Part shown: piece by piece, positions 53,712-63,865 of the stretch
How positions within the stretch are numbered: position 1 is the stretch's first letter
How the letters are laid out: each line of letters starts with the position of its first letter
Position numbers and translations under genes: made by a program
The notes under the pieces: model-generated
What the model was told of the DNA's origin: nothing
The model's database searches: none
What the model saw: only the letters and a program-made list of their open reading frames with translations
From: an uncultured Gemmatimonadaceae bacterium
GTDB lineage: Bacteria; Gemmatimonadota; Gemmatimonadetes; Gemmatimonadales; Gemmatimonadaceae
Length of the DNA: 64,000 nt
Direction of reading: 5' to 3'
NCBI GenBank assembly: GCA_963822945.1
Contig: CAWGJO010000027.1
Location: 96,001 to 160,000 of the forward strand

Positions 53712-56654
53712 TCATCTGCCCAGTCGCACCAATTCAGTCTTCAACGCGTCGAGTTCGCGGCGCTGTTCCAGCGTGGGCGGATAGAGCGTTCCCGAGAGCG
53801 CTCCGCTGCCGTTGAACTCCCCGGCCAGTGCATACGCGCGCCGCTGGAGCCGCGCCGCCGAGCGCCGCTCCGGTGCGGGCGCCTCGCGCGCCAGGGCATA
53901 CGTACGTTGCTGCACGCCCAGCAGCTCCACCAGGAACGCCTCGCGCTCGCGATACTGGGCGAGCGTGAGCGGCATCTCCGGATCGGGCTTCACCTGCACG
54001 GTGCGCTTCACGGTCACGCCGTTGGCGGTGAGCGCCACGGTGTACGTGCCCGGCGAGACGAAGGGACCGGCCGGGGCCAGCGAGCGCGGCGGACGGGGCA
54101 ACGCGTCGAGATTGTAGCTGTTCGTATCGGGTGTGGAGGGCGGCGGGGTGTGGCGCAGGTCCCAGACCACACGGTGCACCACGCCGGCGCCGCCCGGCCC
54201 GTCGAGCGTGCGCACCAGCTCGCCCTGCGCGTTGCTCACCGTGACCTTCACATCCGCGGCGTCTCGCCCCACCGCGTAGTCGATGATCGCGCCGGCGGGC
54301 GGATTCTCGCCCGCGTAGAAGTTCTGGCCGCGATAGGAGTAGTCCTCCCAGTACTGGAAGATCGTGGCCGGCCGGATGCTGAACAGGTGCGCCGGTTCCG
54401 CCGCCACCTGGGGCGACCATTCGGCCAGCGCGCTCCCGTGGTCCAGTATCCAGAGGCTGCGCCCGTGCGTGGCCACCACCACGTCGCCGGTGCGCGGCTG
54501 CACCTGCACGTCCATGTACAGCGTGGTGGGCAGATTGCTGCCGAGTGGATTCCAGTGCGCGCCGTAGTCGGTGGAAACCCACAGCGCATGTTCGGTGCCG
54601 AGGAACACCACGTTGGCGTGCTGCGGGTACGCGGAGATCGTGCGCACCGAGCCGTCGGCGGGCAGGCCGGCGGTGATCGCCGTCCACGTGCGGCCGAAGT
54701 CCGTGGTGTGGAAGGCGTACGGGCGGAAGTCGCCACGCCGGTGGTTGTCGAACGCCACGTACGCTTCGCCCGGCGCATTGCCCGACGCCGATACGCGGCT
54801 CACGTACGTGCCGTCCGGCACGCCGTGCACGTTGTGCCCCACCTCGGTCCAGGTGGTGCCCCCGTCGCGGGAGAGCTGCACGTTGCCGTCGTCGGTGCCC
54901 ACCCACAGGATGCGCGCATCGAGCGGCGACTCGTCGATGGCCGAGAGCGCGCTGAACGCCGTCTGTCCGTCGTTGCGCGAGTTCACGATCTTCGCATCGG
55001 GCACGCCCATCACCGTCACCGTGTCGCGATCCACCTCACGCGTCAGATCCCTGGTGGCGCGCCAAGTGAGCCCGCGGTCGTCGGTGATGAACAGCCGGTT
55101 GCCGCCGTAGTAGTACACGCCGGCCGCGTGGCGCGACGCGAGTCCTGGGGTGATCCATTCGAACCGGTACGGCGGCTGGCCGGCCGGCGCCTGCGGGTGG
55201 ATGTCGGCGCGGTCGCCGGTGTACGTGTCCACGCGGGTGAGGTCGCCGTCCACGGCGTTGCTGTACACGTAGTGCCGGCCGTCCCGGTCCACCGTCGAAG
55301 ACACGCCGTCGTTGAATCCGATCTCGCGCCAGTCGTCGCCGACGATGCCCAGATAGTGCCGCGTGGCGCTCGGTCCGAACCACGAGTGGTTGTCCTGCAT
55401 GCCGCCGTAGATGTGGTACGGCGTCTCGTCATCGAGCCCGACGCCGTAGAACTGCCCGATGGGAATGTTGTTGATGCGGATGTAGGTGGCTCCCATGTCC
55501 CAGCTCTGGTACAGGCCGCCGTCGCCGGCCAGATAGAAGTGACTGGGGTTTCCGGGGTCGATCCACATCGCGTGATAGTCGCCCTTCAGGCCCACGTCGT
55601 ACGTGGGCTCGGTGGGCATGATGCGCCAGTGGGCGCCCGCGTCGTCACTTCTATAGAAGTAGCGCGCCATCATGTACACGCGGTTTGCGTCCGTGGGGTC
55701 CACGGTGATCGAGCTGTAGTACATGGGCCGCGGGTCGAGCGAATTGAGGCGCGTCCAGTGGTCGCCCCCGTCGTCGGTGCGGTACACGCCGCCCGCGGTG
55801 GGATGTTCGATCACCGCATATACGCGCCGGCCGTTGGTGCGCGCGATGGCGAGGCCGATGCGTCCGGTGTTGCCGGTGGGCAGCCCGCCCGCGAGCCGCT
55901 GCCAGCTGGCGCCGCCGTCGGTGGTGCGGAAGATTCCGCTCTCCTCGCCGCCGCCGTTGAAGCAGCAGGGCGTGCGCAGGCGTGCATACGTGGCAGCGTA
56001 CAGCGTATTGCTGCTGTCCGGATCCATGACCAGATCCACGGCGCCGGTGAGCGTGTCCACGAACAGGCTCTTGGTCCAGGTGCGTCCGCCGTCGGTGGTC
56101 TTGTACACGCCGCGGTCGGGCGACGCCTTCCACAGGTTGCCGAGTGCGGCCACGTAGGCCACCGCCGCGTCGTGCGGATCGACGACGATGCGGCCGATGG
56201 CGCGCGTGCTGTCGAGTCCGACGTGCGTCCACGTGGCGCCGCCGTCGGTGGACCGGTACACGCCGTTGCCCCACGAGCTGCTCTGCCGGTTGTTCTGCTC
56301 GCCGGTGCCCGCCCACAGCACGTTGGAGTCGGAGGGCGCGATGGCGATCACGCCGAAGGCGGACGTCGGTTCGTGGTCGAAGATCGGCGTCCACGTCGTG
56401 CCGTGGTTTGTGGACTTCCAGAGCCCGCCCGTGGCCGAGGCGATGTACACCGTCGAGGGATCTCCGGGGAGCGCCTGAACATCGTGGATGCGGCCGCCCA
56501 TGACGGCCGGCCCGATCGATCGCAGGTCGAGTTCGCGGAAGGGACCGGCGGACATCTGCGCGCCGGCCGGTGCGGCGAGAGCGAGCAGAACGAACGCGGC
56601 GAGCGGGCCCAGAATCGCGCCGCGCTGACAGGGACTGCGGAAGCTTGGGGTCAC
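53712..56654 (-). CDS. Secreted BNR/Asp-box repeat (VPS10/sortilin-like, glycosyl hydrolase-like) protein
   Basis: RSIGPAVMGGRI, repeated SxDGGxTW Asp boxes, GGMQDN, ATHGRS; start uncertain (56654 or 56723). Confidence 0.88.
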   Translation of the reverse strand: MTPSFRSPCQRGAILGPLAAFVLLALAAPAGAQMSAGPFRELDLRSIGPAVMGGRIHDVQALPGDPSTVYIASATGGLWKSTNHGTTWTPIFDHEPTSAFGVIAIAPSDSNVLWAGTGEQNNRQSSSWGNGVYRSTDGGATWTHVGLDSTRAIGRIVVDPHDAAVAYVAALGNLWKASPDRGVYKTTDGGRTWTKSLFVDTLTGAVDLVMDPDSSNTLYAATYARLRTPCCFNGGGEESGIFRTTDGGASWQRLAGGLPTGNTGRIGLAIARTNGRRVYAVIEHPTAGGVYRTDDGGDHWTRLNSLDPRPMYYSSITVDPTDANRVYMMARYFYRSDDAGAHWRIMPTEPTYDVGLKGDYHAMWIDPGNPSHFYLAGDGGLYQSWDMGATYIRINNIPIGQFYGVGLDDETPYHIYGGMQDNHSWFGPSATRHYLGIVGDDWREIGFNDGVSSTVDRDGRHYVYSNAVDGDLTRVDTYTGDRADIHPQAPAGQPPYRFEWITPGLASRHAAGVYYYGGNRLFITDDRGLTWRATRDLTREVDRDTVTVMGVPDAKIVNSRNDGQTAFSALSAIDESPLDARILWVGTDDGNVQLSRDGGTTWTEVGHNVHGVPDGTYVSRVSASGNAPGEAYVAFDNHRRGDFRPYAFHTTDFGRTWTAITAGLPADGSVRTISAYPQHANVVFLGTEHALWVSTDYGAHWNPLGSNLPTTLYMDVQVQPRTGDVVVATHGRSLWILDHGSALAEWSPQVAAEPAHLFSIRPATIFQYWEDYSYRGQNFYAGENPPAGAIIDYAVGRDAADVKVTVSNAQGELVRTLDGPGGAGVVHRVVWDLRHTPPPSTPDTNSYNLDALPRPPRSLAPAGPFVSPGTYTVALTANGVTVKRTVQVKPDPEMPLTLAQYREREAFLVELLGVQQRTYALAREAPAPERRSAARLQRRAYALAGEFNGSGALSGTLYPPTLEQRRELDALKTELVRLGR

Positions 56655-56730
56655 GGGACGGTCCGGCGTTGCGGGGTTGGAGTCAACGCAGTCGGTATTA
56701 CGCTCCGGTCCACGGTGCGTCAACGGCTAT

Positions 56731-56797
56731 GACTATGGTATATTATAATATGAGTTACGGCCACTTTTTGGCAAGAAGCCATATTATATTATAGTCC
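56731..56797. promoter_or_regulatory. AT-rich hipBA promoter/operator
   Basis: Inverted TATAATATG (56744-56752) / CATATTATA (56780-56788) with flanking GACTAT/ATAGTC. Confidence 0.6.
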
Positions 56798-57088
56798 ATG
56801 CTGAATTCGATCCGCCGTTCCCTCTCCGACCCCCAGATTCAGACCGTCCTCGGCGAGCGGCTCCGCAGCTACCGCAAGGCCCACGGCCTCTCCCTCGACG
56901 CACTCGCCGAACGGACCGGACTCTCCGCGCTCACCATCCACAAGGCCGAGCACGGCGGCAACTTCACCATCCGCACGCTGCTCCGGGTGCTGCGCGCCCT
57001 GGACCGCCTCGAGCAGCTCGACGCCTGCCTGCCACCGGCCCCGCGTTCACCGCTCGACCTCATCGACGAGGAATCCCCGGTTGGCTGA
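56798..57088 (+). CDS. XRE-family HTH antitoxin (HipB-like)
   Basis: LGERLRSYR...LAERTGLS...AEHG HTH; overlaps hipA start. Confidence 0.88.
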   Translation: MLNSIRRSLSDPQIQTVLGERLRSYRKAHGLSLDALAERTGLSALTIHKAEHGGNFTIRTLLRVLRALDRLEQLDACLPPAPRSPLDLIDEESPVG

Positions 57089-58358
57089 CCGCATCGCCGC
57101 ACGCATCGTGCTCTGGGACCGCACCGTCGGCGCCGTGGCCGAGGAGCCGTCGGGACAGGTGGTGTTCCAGTACGACCCCGCGTTCCGCCGCAGCGGTTTG
57201 GAAATCTCGCCGCGGCATCTCCCGCTCTCGCTCGCGGCGCCCATCACCTTTCCCGCGCTCCGCCACCTCGAGGCGTTCATGGGACTCCCCGGCGTACTCG
57301 CCGACGGACTCCCCGACCGGTTCGGCAGCGCGCTCATCCGCCAGTACTTCACTCGCGCGGGCACGCCGGAGAAGGCGGACCGCCCCATCCAGCGCCTGCT
57401 CTACGTGGGGCGCCGCGCCATGGGCGCGCTGGAGTTCCTGCCCGCGCTCGACGTCGGCCCCGCGGTGGAGGAGATCATCCAGCTCAAGCACCTGGTGGAC
57501 GAGGCGCGGATCGTGGTGCAGGGAAAGTTCGACGTCGCGGTGCCCGAGATGATGCGCATGGGAACTTCGGCCGGTGGCGCGCGCCCCAAGGCTCTGATTC
57601 TCTGGAACCGGAAGACGAACGAGGTCCGGAGCGGATTCGCCGCGCCCGGCGAGGGCGACGAATCGTGGATGCTCAAGTTCGACGGCGTCGGAGAACTCGA
57701 CGCTCCCAATCCGCACCCGCAGCCCTATACGCGAATCGAGTACGCCTACACGCGCATGGCCGGCGCCGCGGGACTCGCGACCACGGAAGTCGAACTGCTC
57801 CCCGACCGGCGGCTGCATCATCTGCTCGTCAAGCGGTTCGACCGCGACGACGCCGGGCGCCTCCACTACCACAGCCTTGGCGGGATCGACCACGCCGACT
57901 ACAACGCGCCCGGCGCCTATTCGTACGAACAGTACCTGCTCGTCTGCCGCGAACTCGGCCTCGGGCCGGCCGAGCTCGACGAAGCATTCCGGCGCGCCGT
58001 GTTCAACGTCGCGGCCGTCAATCAGGACGACCACGTGAAGAACTTCGGCTTCCTCATGGATCGCCACGGGCGCTGGTCGCTCGCGCCGGCCTTCGACCTC
58101 ACCTACGCGCAGGGCGCGGGGTACACGCGCCGGCACCAGATGACGCTGAACGGAAAGACCGACGGCTTCACGCGCGACGACCTGCTCGCGTTGGGCCGCT
58201 CGCTCGGCGTCAGGAAGGACGGTGCGCTCGTGATCGATCGGGTGCTCGACGCGGTGGGCCAGTGGCCGGAGTTCGCCGCCGACGCCGGGGTGCCGGCCGA
58301 TCGCGCGCGGGCCATCGGGGCGGCGCACCGGCGCACGGCGCTCGCCGCCACACGGTAG
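57081..58358 (+). CDS. hipA: Type II toxin-antitoxin system HipA family kinase toxin
   Basis: LPDRFG, SAGGARPK, LKFD, KRFDR, NQDDHVKNFGF, LAPAFDL. Confidence 0.93.
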   Translation: MADRIAARIVLWDRTVGAVAEEPSGQVVFQYDPAFRRSGLEISPRHLPLSLAAPITFPALRHLEAFMGLPGVLADGLPDRFGSALIRQYFTRAGTPEKADRPIQRLLYVGRRAMGALEFLPALDVGPAVEEIIQLKHLVDEARIVVQGKFDVAVPEMMRMGTSAGGARPKALILWNRKTNEVRSGFAAPGEGDESWMLKFDGVGELDAPNPHPQPYTRIEYAYTRMAGAAGLATTEVELLPDRRLHHLLVKRFDRDDAGRLHYHSLGGIDHADYNAPGAYSYEQYLLVCRELGLGPAELDEAFRRAVFNVAAVNQDDHVKNFGFLMDRHGRWSLAPAFDLTYAQGAGYTRRHQMTLNGKTDGFTRDDLLALGRSLGVRKDGALVIDRVLDAVGQWPEFAADAGVPADRARAIGAAHRRTALAATR

Positions 58359-58380
58359 GCGTTCCCGCGCGCCGGCCGTC

Positions 58381-58866
58381 CTACTCGATCACGCCGTACG
58401 ACGCCACCGTGTTCGCCAGCGTCTCGGTGACCCACATCCGCCGGCCTACCAGCCCGGCAAACGTGCTGGGTGCGCCGCGAAGCTCGTGCGACGTTCCGTC
58501 CGGCAGCCGCAGGGTGAACCCGTCGCCCTGCCGCTCCAGCGTACCGTCCCAGGCGGGCTGACCGCCGGCGCCGCGCACCAGGAACTCCTCCACGCGGAAC
58601 CTGCCGGCGTTCTCCGCCGTTCCGCGCACCCAGAGATCCAGCTGCCCGAGCAACTGCATGGCGGGCGGCACGTCGTCCAGTGCCATGGAGCCGCCGGCCG
58701 TGCGCAGCACCGTCATCGGCATCGGGTCGCTTCCCTCGAGCACGAAGGTGCCGCGGAGCGTATCGCGGCCGGCAGCGGCCGGCACACTTGCCGGCGTCGG
58801 AGCGGGGGTCGCCGCCGCGCAACCTGCTGCGGCGGCGAACGCCAATCCCGCGATCACCGCGCGCAT
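58381..58866 (-). CDS. Hypothetical lipoprotein
   Basis: MRAVIAGLAFAAAAGC lipobox; start overlaps the stop of the upstream gene. Confidence 0.7.
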   Translation of the reverse strand: MRAVIAGLAFAAAAGCAAATPAPTPASVPAAAGRDTLRGTFVLEGSDPMPMTVLRTAGGSMALDDVPPAMQLLGQLDLWVRGTAENAGRFRVEEFLVRGAGGQPAWDGTLERQGDGFTLRLPDGTSHELRGAPSTFAGLVGRRMWVTETLANTVASYGVIE

Positions 58867-61439
58867 CACTGCTTCCGTGCGATCGCGATGCGCAGGCTGA
58901 ACGACGCCGGCCCGCTTCCGCCGGCGCCCAGCAGCGACAGCGTCTGCCCCGCCGTCGCGCTCGTGGTCAGTTCGTACATCGCGAACGCTCCCCCGTGGAT
59001 GCCGGCGTTGTCCACCGCGAACGATCCCGCCGGCAGCGCCAGCGGGGTGAGCGGGAAGGGCAGCGGGAAGTACGAATAGGATGGATAGGGGAAATCCGAC
59101 GCCATGCCGGCGTAGATGTCGCGCGTGTTCCACGTGGGGAACTGCACGTCGGGATTGGACGCGAAGGCGGCATCGCCGTCGAGGTCGAGAGACAGCGTCC
59201 AGTGCCCGAGCATGTCGTCCGCCGACTGCCCGGTGAGCGCCGAGATGCTGGCCAGTCCGGTGGTCGTCGTGGCCTGCGTGATGGCGCGCAGGAACGAGGC
59301 ATCGGACGTGGCATAGCGGTCGTCCGCCCAGCGCGAGAACGACCAGGCCAGTGAGTAGAAGTTGAAGTCGTTGTCGGCCACACGCCCGAACAGGGAGGAC
59401 GCTCCCGGCGACTCCAGCACCGAATAGAGGGTGTTGAAGTTGCCGAAAATCCCGAACGGTTTGCCCGCGCACTGCGGGAAAGTGGGCCGCACGTCGCAGT
59501 ACAGCGTGTTCGCGTAGCGCGCGTCGCCCTTCCACGCCACGTTGTAGATGTTGTTCCGCAGCCATACCGATTCGGCCTCGCGCGCCATGCCCTCCTCGAG
59601 CCATGACTCCTCGAAGCTCGACGCATGGTTGGTGAGGCGTGCCCCGAACGACGCGATGTGCTTGACCTCGTGCACCACCGTCGTCCGGATGCCGCGCAGC
59701 CAGGCGTCGGCCGTGTTGCCGCTGAACCCGGTGCCGGCCACCGTGGGCACCACGGCGTAGAAGAATTCGCCGAAGTTGCTCGATGGATCGTTCACCGAAT
59801 CGCGCGCAAACAGGTCGCACGCGGTCACGAACCCGGCCACGCCGGACGGCACCGACGGCGTGAACACCATGTCGAGATGGTGGTCGCCGTCCGTATACGG
59901 ATCGGTGACCAGCGGGTCGCCGAAGTAGGTCGAGTCGCTCCGGTACATGGTGGAGTCGAATTCCTGGCCCAGCTTCGTGAAGTAGCTGTCCATCGTCCCC
60001 GCCAGCGGCGCCGCCACGTCCTCCCAGATGATGCTCTTGGTGCCCACGTACGCCACACGCGCCGTGATCTCCTTGTACGACGAACAGCTCCCCGTGGCGC
60101 CGAGCGTGGTCGTGAACTGATTCACGCGGAAGGTCCGCGTCGTACCCACGGTCGGCACCGAGGCGAATGCCGGCAGTCCGGCAACCGCACGCGAGAACGC
60201 TGGCCGGGCGCGATCCGTTCCGCGCAGCATCTGATACGCCGCGCGACTGGCGTCGAGAATGCGCAGGTGCATGGCCGGGCTCTCCGGCAGTCCCGCCACG
60301 TCGGCCGGCAACGACGGTGCGGCCGCCGGCCGCGCCAGCGCCTGCCGCATCATCACCGGCGCCGCGCGGTCGGGCGCGGCCCCGCTTCCCACGGTACCCG
60401 CCAGACGGAACGGTGCGATCGACGTCGGCGCCTGGAGGTCGTTGAACACGCTCACCACGTAGTCCCCGTCCGCCTGCGGGAGTTCCAGGCACGCCAGTTC
60501 ACTCGCCGAGGTGACCACGGCGGTCCCGCCCACCGCCAGGGATTCCGGCGTGGCGGTACGGAGTGTCTGCGTGCGCGTGGCCGAGAATCCGCCCACCGTC
60601 ACCTGTATGGAGGCGCCGTGCGTGGGAGCGCAGGGCATGGTCGTCGGCACCTTGGCCGTGAGTTGCGTGGCCGACGCCCCCGTCACCACGGTAAACACAC
60701 TGTCGATGGTCAGCGTGTCCGCTGCCGGCGTCGCGCTGAACCCGGTGCCGGTGATCGTGACCGTCGCGCCAGGCGTCAGCACGGCGGGAGAGATGGACAG
60801 AATGGTCGGCGCGCCACCCGGCGGGGGCGGCGCGATCACCGAGATCGCCGAACTGTCCGACTGCGTCTCGCTGGTGGCCGTGATCGTGGCGTTCCCGATG
60901 GAGATGCCGGTCACCAGCCCGGTGCTGTCCACCTTCGCCTTGGCCGTGTCGGACGACGTCCAGACCACCACCCGCCCCGTCAGCACGTTGCCGTTCGGGT
61001 CCAGCGTGGCCACGGTCAGCTGCTGGGTGGCACCGGGGACGATCGATGCAGATGGCGGCAGCACGTTCACGCGCGCCACCGGCAGCTGTTTCACGGTCAG
61101 CGTCGCCTGCGCCTGCTTGGTGCCGGCGGCCGCGATCACGGTGGTGGTGCCGGGCGCGACGGCCGTGACCCGTCCATCGTTCGCCACCGTTGCCACGCCG
61201 GGCGTTCCGGTGGACCAGATGATGGTGCCGGTGGCGATCGATGCGCCGTGCTGGTCGGTGCCCGACGCCGACGCGGTCACGGTCGATCCCACATATACCG
61301 TGGGCGCTGAAAGCGCCACCGACAGCGTGGTGAGCACTGGGGGGTCCGGCGCCACCAGGTGATCGCTGTTCCCGCCGCCGCAGCCGGCGACGGCAACGGC
61401 GAGTCCCATTCCAACCACTTCAAGCATCCTACGGAGCAT
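58866..61439 (-). CDS. Lipoprotein with Ig-like (Big_2) and IPT/TIG domains plus zinc metallopeptidase (M30-like) domain
   Basis: VAGC lipobox, WSTGTPGVATV / WTSSDTAKAKV Ig repeats, ITGTGFS, HEVKH followed by WLEEG; start uncertain. Confidence 0.82.
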   Translation of the reverse strand: MLRRMLEVVGMGLAVAVAGCGGGNSDHLVAPDPPVLTTLSVALSAPTVYVGSTVTASASGTDQHGASIATGTIIWSTGTPGVATVANDGRVTAVAPGTTTVIAAAGTKQAQATLTVKQLPVARVNVLPPSASIVPGATQQLTVATLDPNGNVLTGRVVVWTSSDTAKAKVDSTGLVTGISIGNATITATSETQSDSSAISVIAPPPPGGAPTILSISPAVLTPGATVTITGTGFSATPAADTLTIDSVFTVVTGASATQLTAKVPTTMPCAPTHGASIQVTVGGFSATRTQTLRTATPESLAVGGTAVVTSASELACLELPQADGDYVVSVFNDLQAPTSIAPFRLAGTVGSGAAPDRAAPVMMRQALARPAAAPSLPADVAGLPESPAMHLRILDASRAAYQMLRGTDRARPAFSRAVAGLPAFASVPTVGTTRTFRVNQFTTTLGATGSCSSYKEITARVAYVGTKSIIWEDVAAPLAGTMDSYFTKLGQEFDSTMYRSDSTYFGDPLVTDPYTDGDHHLDMVFTPSVPSGVAGFVTACDLFARDSVNDPSSNFGEFFYAVVPTVAGTGFSGNTADAWLRGIRTTVVHEVKHIASFGARLTNHASSFEESWLEEGMAREAESVWLRNNIYNVAWKGDARYANTLYCDVRPTFPQCAGKPFGIFGNFNTLYSVLESPGASSLFGRVADNDFNFYSLAWSFSRWADDRYATSDASFLRAITQATTTTGLASISALTGQSADDMLGHWTLSLDLDGDAAFASNPDVQFPTWNTRDIYAGMASDFPYPSYSYFPLPFPLTPLALPAGSFAVDNAGIHGGAFAMYELTTSATAGQTLSLLGAGGSGPASFSLRIAIARKQ

Positions 61440-61732
61440 CGTCGCCCTTGGATTTACTGGTGTCTATGCGCAGGAGGTGCGGCCGCAAATGGGGGCTTCG
61501 CGTCCCGCGGTGGGATCAGCAATACTAGCCGTGAAAGATACCGTCGGCAGTCGGCGGAATGCCATGCATTCGCGCGTTCTCGAGGGGATTCGTGCTCTGC
61601 GTCACAACCGCGCCGCCGGGCGCTCCGCCCTTGGCGCCTCACCGGCAAGGCGCTAGACTGGCCCCACATGTTCACCACACCCCGCGCCGCGCGCGCTGCT
61701 ACGGGCCGCCCCGCGGGCGGCGGGGGGCGCTG

Positions 61733-63358
61733 ATGAGCAGTCCCGACGCCGGTCACGAGCGGCTGCTCGCCGCCATCCGCCGCCGGCGCACCTTCGCGAT
61801 CATCAGCCACCCCGACGCCGGCAAGACCACGCTCACCGAGAAGCTGCTGCTCTACGGGGGCGCCATCCATCTGGCGGGGTCGGTCAAGGCCCGTCGCGCC
61901 GATCGCCACGCCACCTCCGACTGGATGCAGATGGAACAGGAGCGCGGCATCTCGGTCACGTCGAGCGTGATGCAGTTCGAGTACGAGGGGTACGTGATCA
62001 ATCTCCTCGACACGCCGGGGCACGAAGACTTCTCCGAGGACACCTACCGCACGCTCGTCGCGGCCGACAGCGCCGTGATGCTGCTCGACAACCGCAAGGG
62101 CGTCGAGGAGCGCACCCGGCAGCTGTTCGCCGTCTGCAAACGGCGGCGCACTCCGATCTTCACCTTCGTCAACAAGTGCGACCGGTGGGGCGAGGATCCG
62201 CTCAAGCTGATCGGCGACGTCGAGTCGGACCTCGGCATCAACTGCCACCCGATCACCTGGCCCATCTTCAGCGCCGAGGACCTGTCGGCCGGTTTCGTCG
62301 GCGTGTACGACCGGCGGCTCCGGCAGATCCACCTGTTCGAGAAGGACGAGTCGCGCGGCGCCCGACGGTCGGTGGCCCGCGTGGGACGTCTGGATGGCGC
62401 CGAGGCGCGCGAGTTGCTGGGCCCGACCACCCACGAACGGCTCGTGCACGACATCGCGCTGCTCGACGAGGCGGGCCATCCGTTCGACGAGCAGCAGGTA
62501 CTCGCCGGCGAACTCTCGCCCGTGTTCTTCGGCAGCGCGCTCAACAACTTCGGCGTCGAGCCGTTCCTGCGGGAGTTCCTCGAACTGGCCCCGCCGCCGG
62601 CGCCCCGCGATTCGAACGCCGGCGTAATCGAGCCGGATCGCGACGCCTTCAGCGGGTTCGTGTTCAAGATCCAGGCGAACATGGACCCCAAGCACCGCGA
62701 CCGCGTGGCCTTCGTACGGGTCGTCTCCGGCCACTTCGAGACCGGCATGCAGGTGATCCACGAGCGCACCGGCAAGCCGATGCGCCTGGCGGCGCCCCAG
62801 ACCTTCATGGCCCGCGAGCGCACGGCCGTGGAGGACGCCTGGCCCGGCGACATCGTCGGCATCATGGACCGGCGGGCGCTGCGCATCGGCGACACGCTGT
62901 CGGCCGAAGGCGGCGTGGTGTTCGCCGACATTCCGCGCTTCGCCCCCGAGCACTTCGCGCGCGTGATCCTCACCGACCCGATGCGGCGCAAGCAACTCGA
63001 TGCGGGACTGCGCCAGCTCACCGAGGAGGGCGCGGCGCAGGTGTTCTTCACCTCGGGCACCGACACCACGAGCCCGACGCCGATCGTCGGCGCGGTGGGG
63101 CAGCTCCAGTTCGACGTGATGATGCACCGGTTGGCGCACGAGTACGGTGTAGATGCTCGGCTCGAGCGCATCTCGGCGCGCTACCCGCGCTGGGTCACCG
63201 GCAGCCCGAAGGCCATCGAGCGCGCCGCCCGCGATTCCGGGCGGATGCTGCTGTTCGACGCCAAGGGGCAGCCGCTGCTCCTGTTCGACAGCGATTGGCA
63301 GATGCGCTGGGCGCTGGACCACGAACAGGACGTCGAACTGCACGACATCGCGCCCTGA
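61733..63358 (+). CDS. prfC: Peptide chain release factor 3
   Basis: RRTFAIISHPDAGKTT, SDWM, DTPGHEDF, FKIQANMDPKHRDR, GAVGQLQF. Confidence 0.97.
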   Translation: MSSPDAGHERLLAAIRRRRTFAIISHPDAGKTTLTEKLLLYGGAIHLAGSVKARRADRHATSDWMQMEQERGISVTSSVMQFEYEGYVINLLDTPGHEDFSEDTYRTLVAADSAVMLLDNRKGVEERTRQLFAVCKRRRTPIFTFVNKCDRWGEDPLKLIGDVESDLGINCHPITWPIFSAEDLSAGFVGVYDRRLRQIHLFEKDESRGARRSVARVGRLDGAEARELLGPTTHERLVHDIALLDEAGHPFDEQQVLAGELSPVFFGSALNNFGVEPFLREFLELAPPPAPRDSNAGVIEPDRDAFSGFVFKIQANMDPKHRDRVAFVRVVSGHFETGMQVIHERTGKPMRLAAPQTFMARERTAVEDAWPGDIVGIMDRRALRIGDTLSAEGGVVFADIPRFAPEHFARVILTDPMRRKQLDAGLRQLTEEGAAQVFFTSGTDTTSPTPIVGAVGQLQFDVMMHRLAHEYGVDARLERISARYPRWVTGSPKAIERAARDSGRMLLFDAKGQPLLLFDSDWQMRWALDHEQDVELHDIAP

Positions 63359-63388
63359 GCGGTCCGCCCGCCGCATGTCGCCGTCGGC

Positions 63389-63865
63389 TCAGGGCGGGGC
63401 CGAACGGACGACGAGCCACAGCCCGACGCGGCATCGCCGCGGGCCATCGGCCCACCACTGCGCGCCGAGCGCGGCCCGCGCGAGCTGCCCGGCCACTCGT
63501 TCGGTAATGATCTCGTCGAATTGATCGGTGGGCGGCGCGCCGCGACGCTCGAAGGTGCGGAACACGCTGCGACTGTCGATGTGCAGCCCGACCAGTTGGC
63601 GCACCAGCTCGCGCTCGGCGCGCAGACGCGCGACCGTGCAAACACTGGCCGCGTTGGTGCTGTCGGCAACCGCGGTGCCGACCGCGACCGCGATCGAGTC
63701 GCGCCCGACCAGCACCAGCAATGCGCCGTCGCCGTCGGCCAGCGGGGGGCGCGCGAACTCGGCGCGCACCTGGACGGGCACCGACGGCGGCATCCCCGCC
63801 GCCGTCTGCGCGCCGAGCCGTGACGCGACGAGGAGCGCCGCGGCCAACGTCGAGAGCCGACTCAT
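63389..63865 (-). CDS. Hypothetical secreted protein
   Basis: Signal-peptide-like MSRLSTLAAALLVASRLGAQ, GGAG RBS; convergent with prfC. Confidence 0.55.
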   Translation of the reverse strand: MSRLSTLAAALLVASRLGAQTAAGMPPSVPVQVRAEFARPPLADGDGALLVLVGRDSIAVAVGTAVADSTNAASVCTVARLRAERELVRQLVGLHIDSRSVFRTFERRGAPPTDQFDEIITERVAGQLARAALGAQWWADGPRRCRVGLWLVVRSAPP

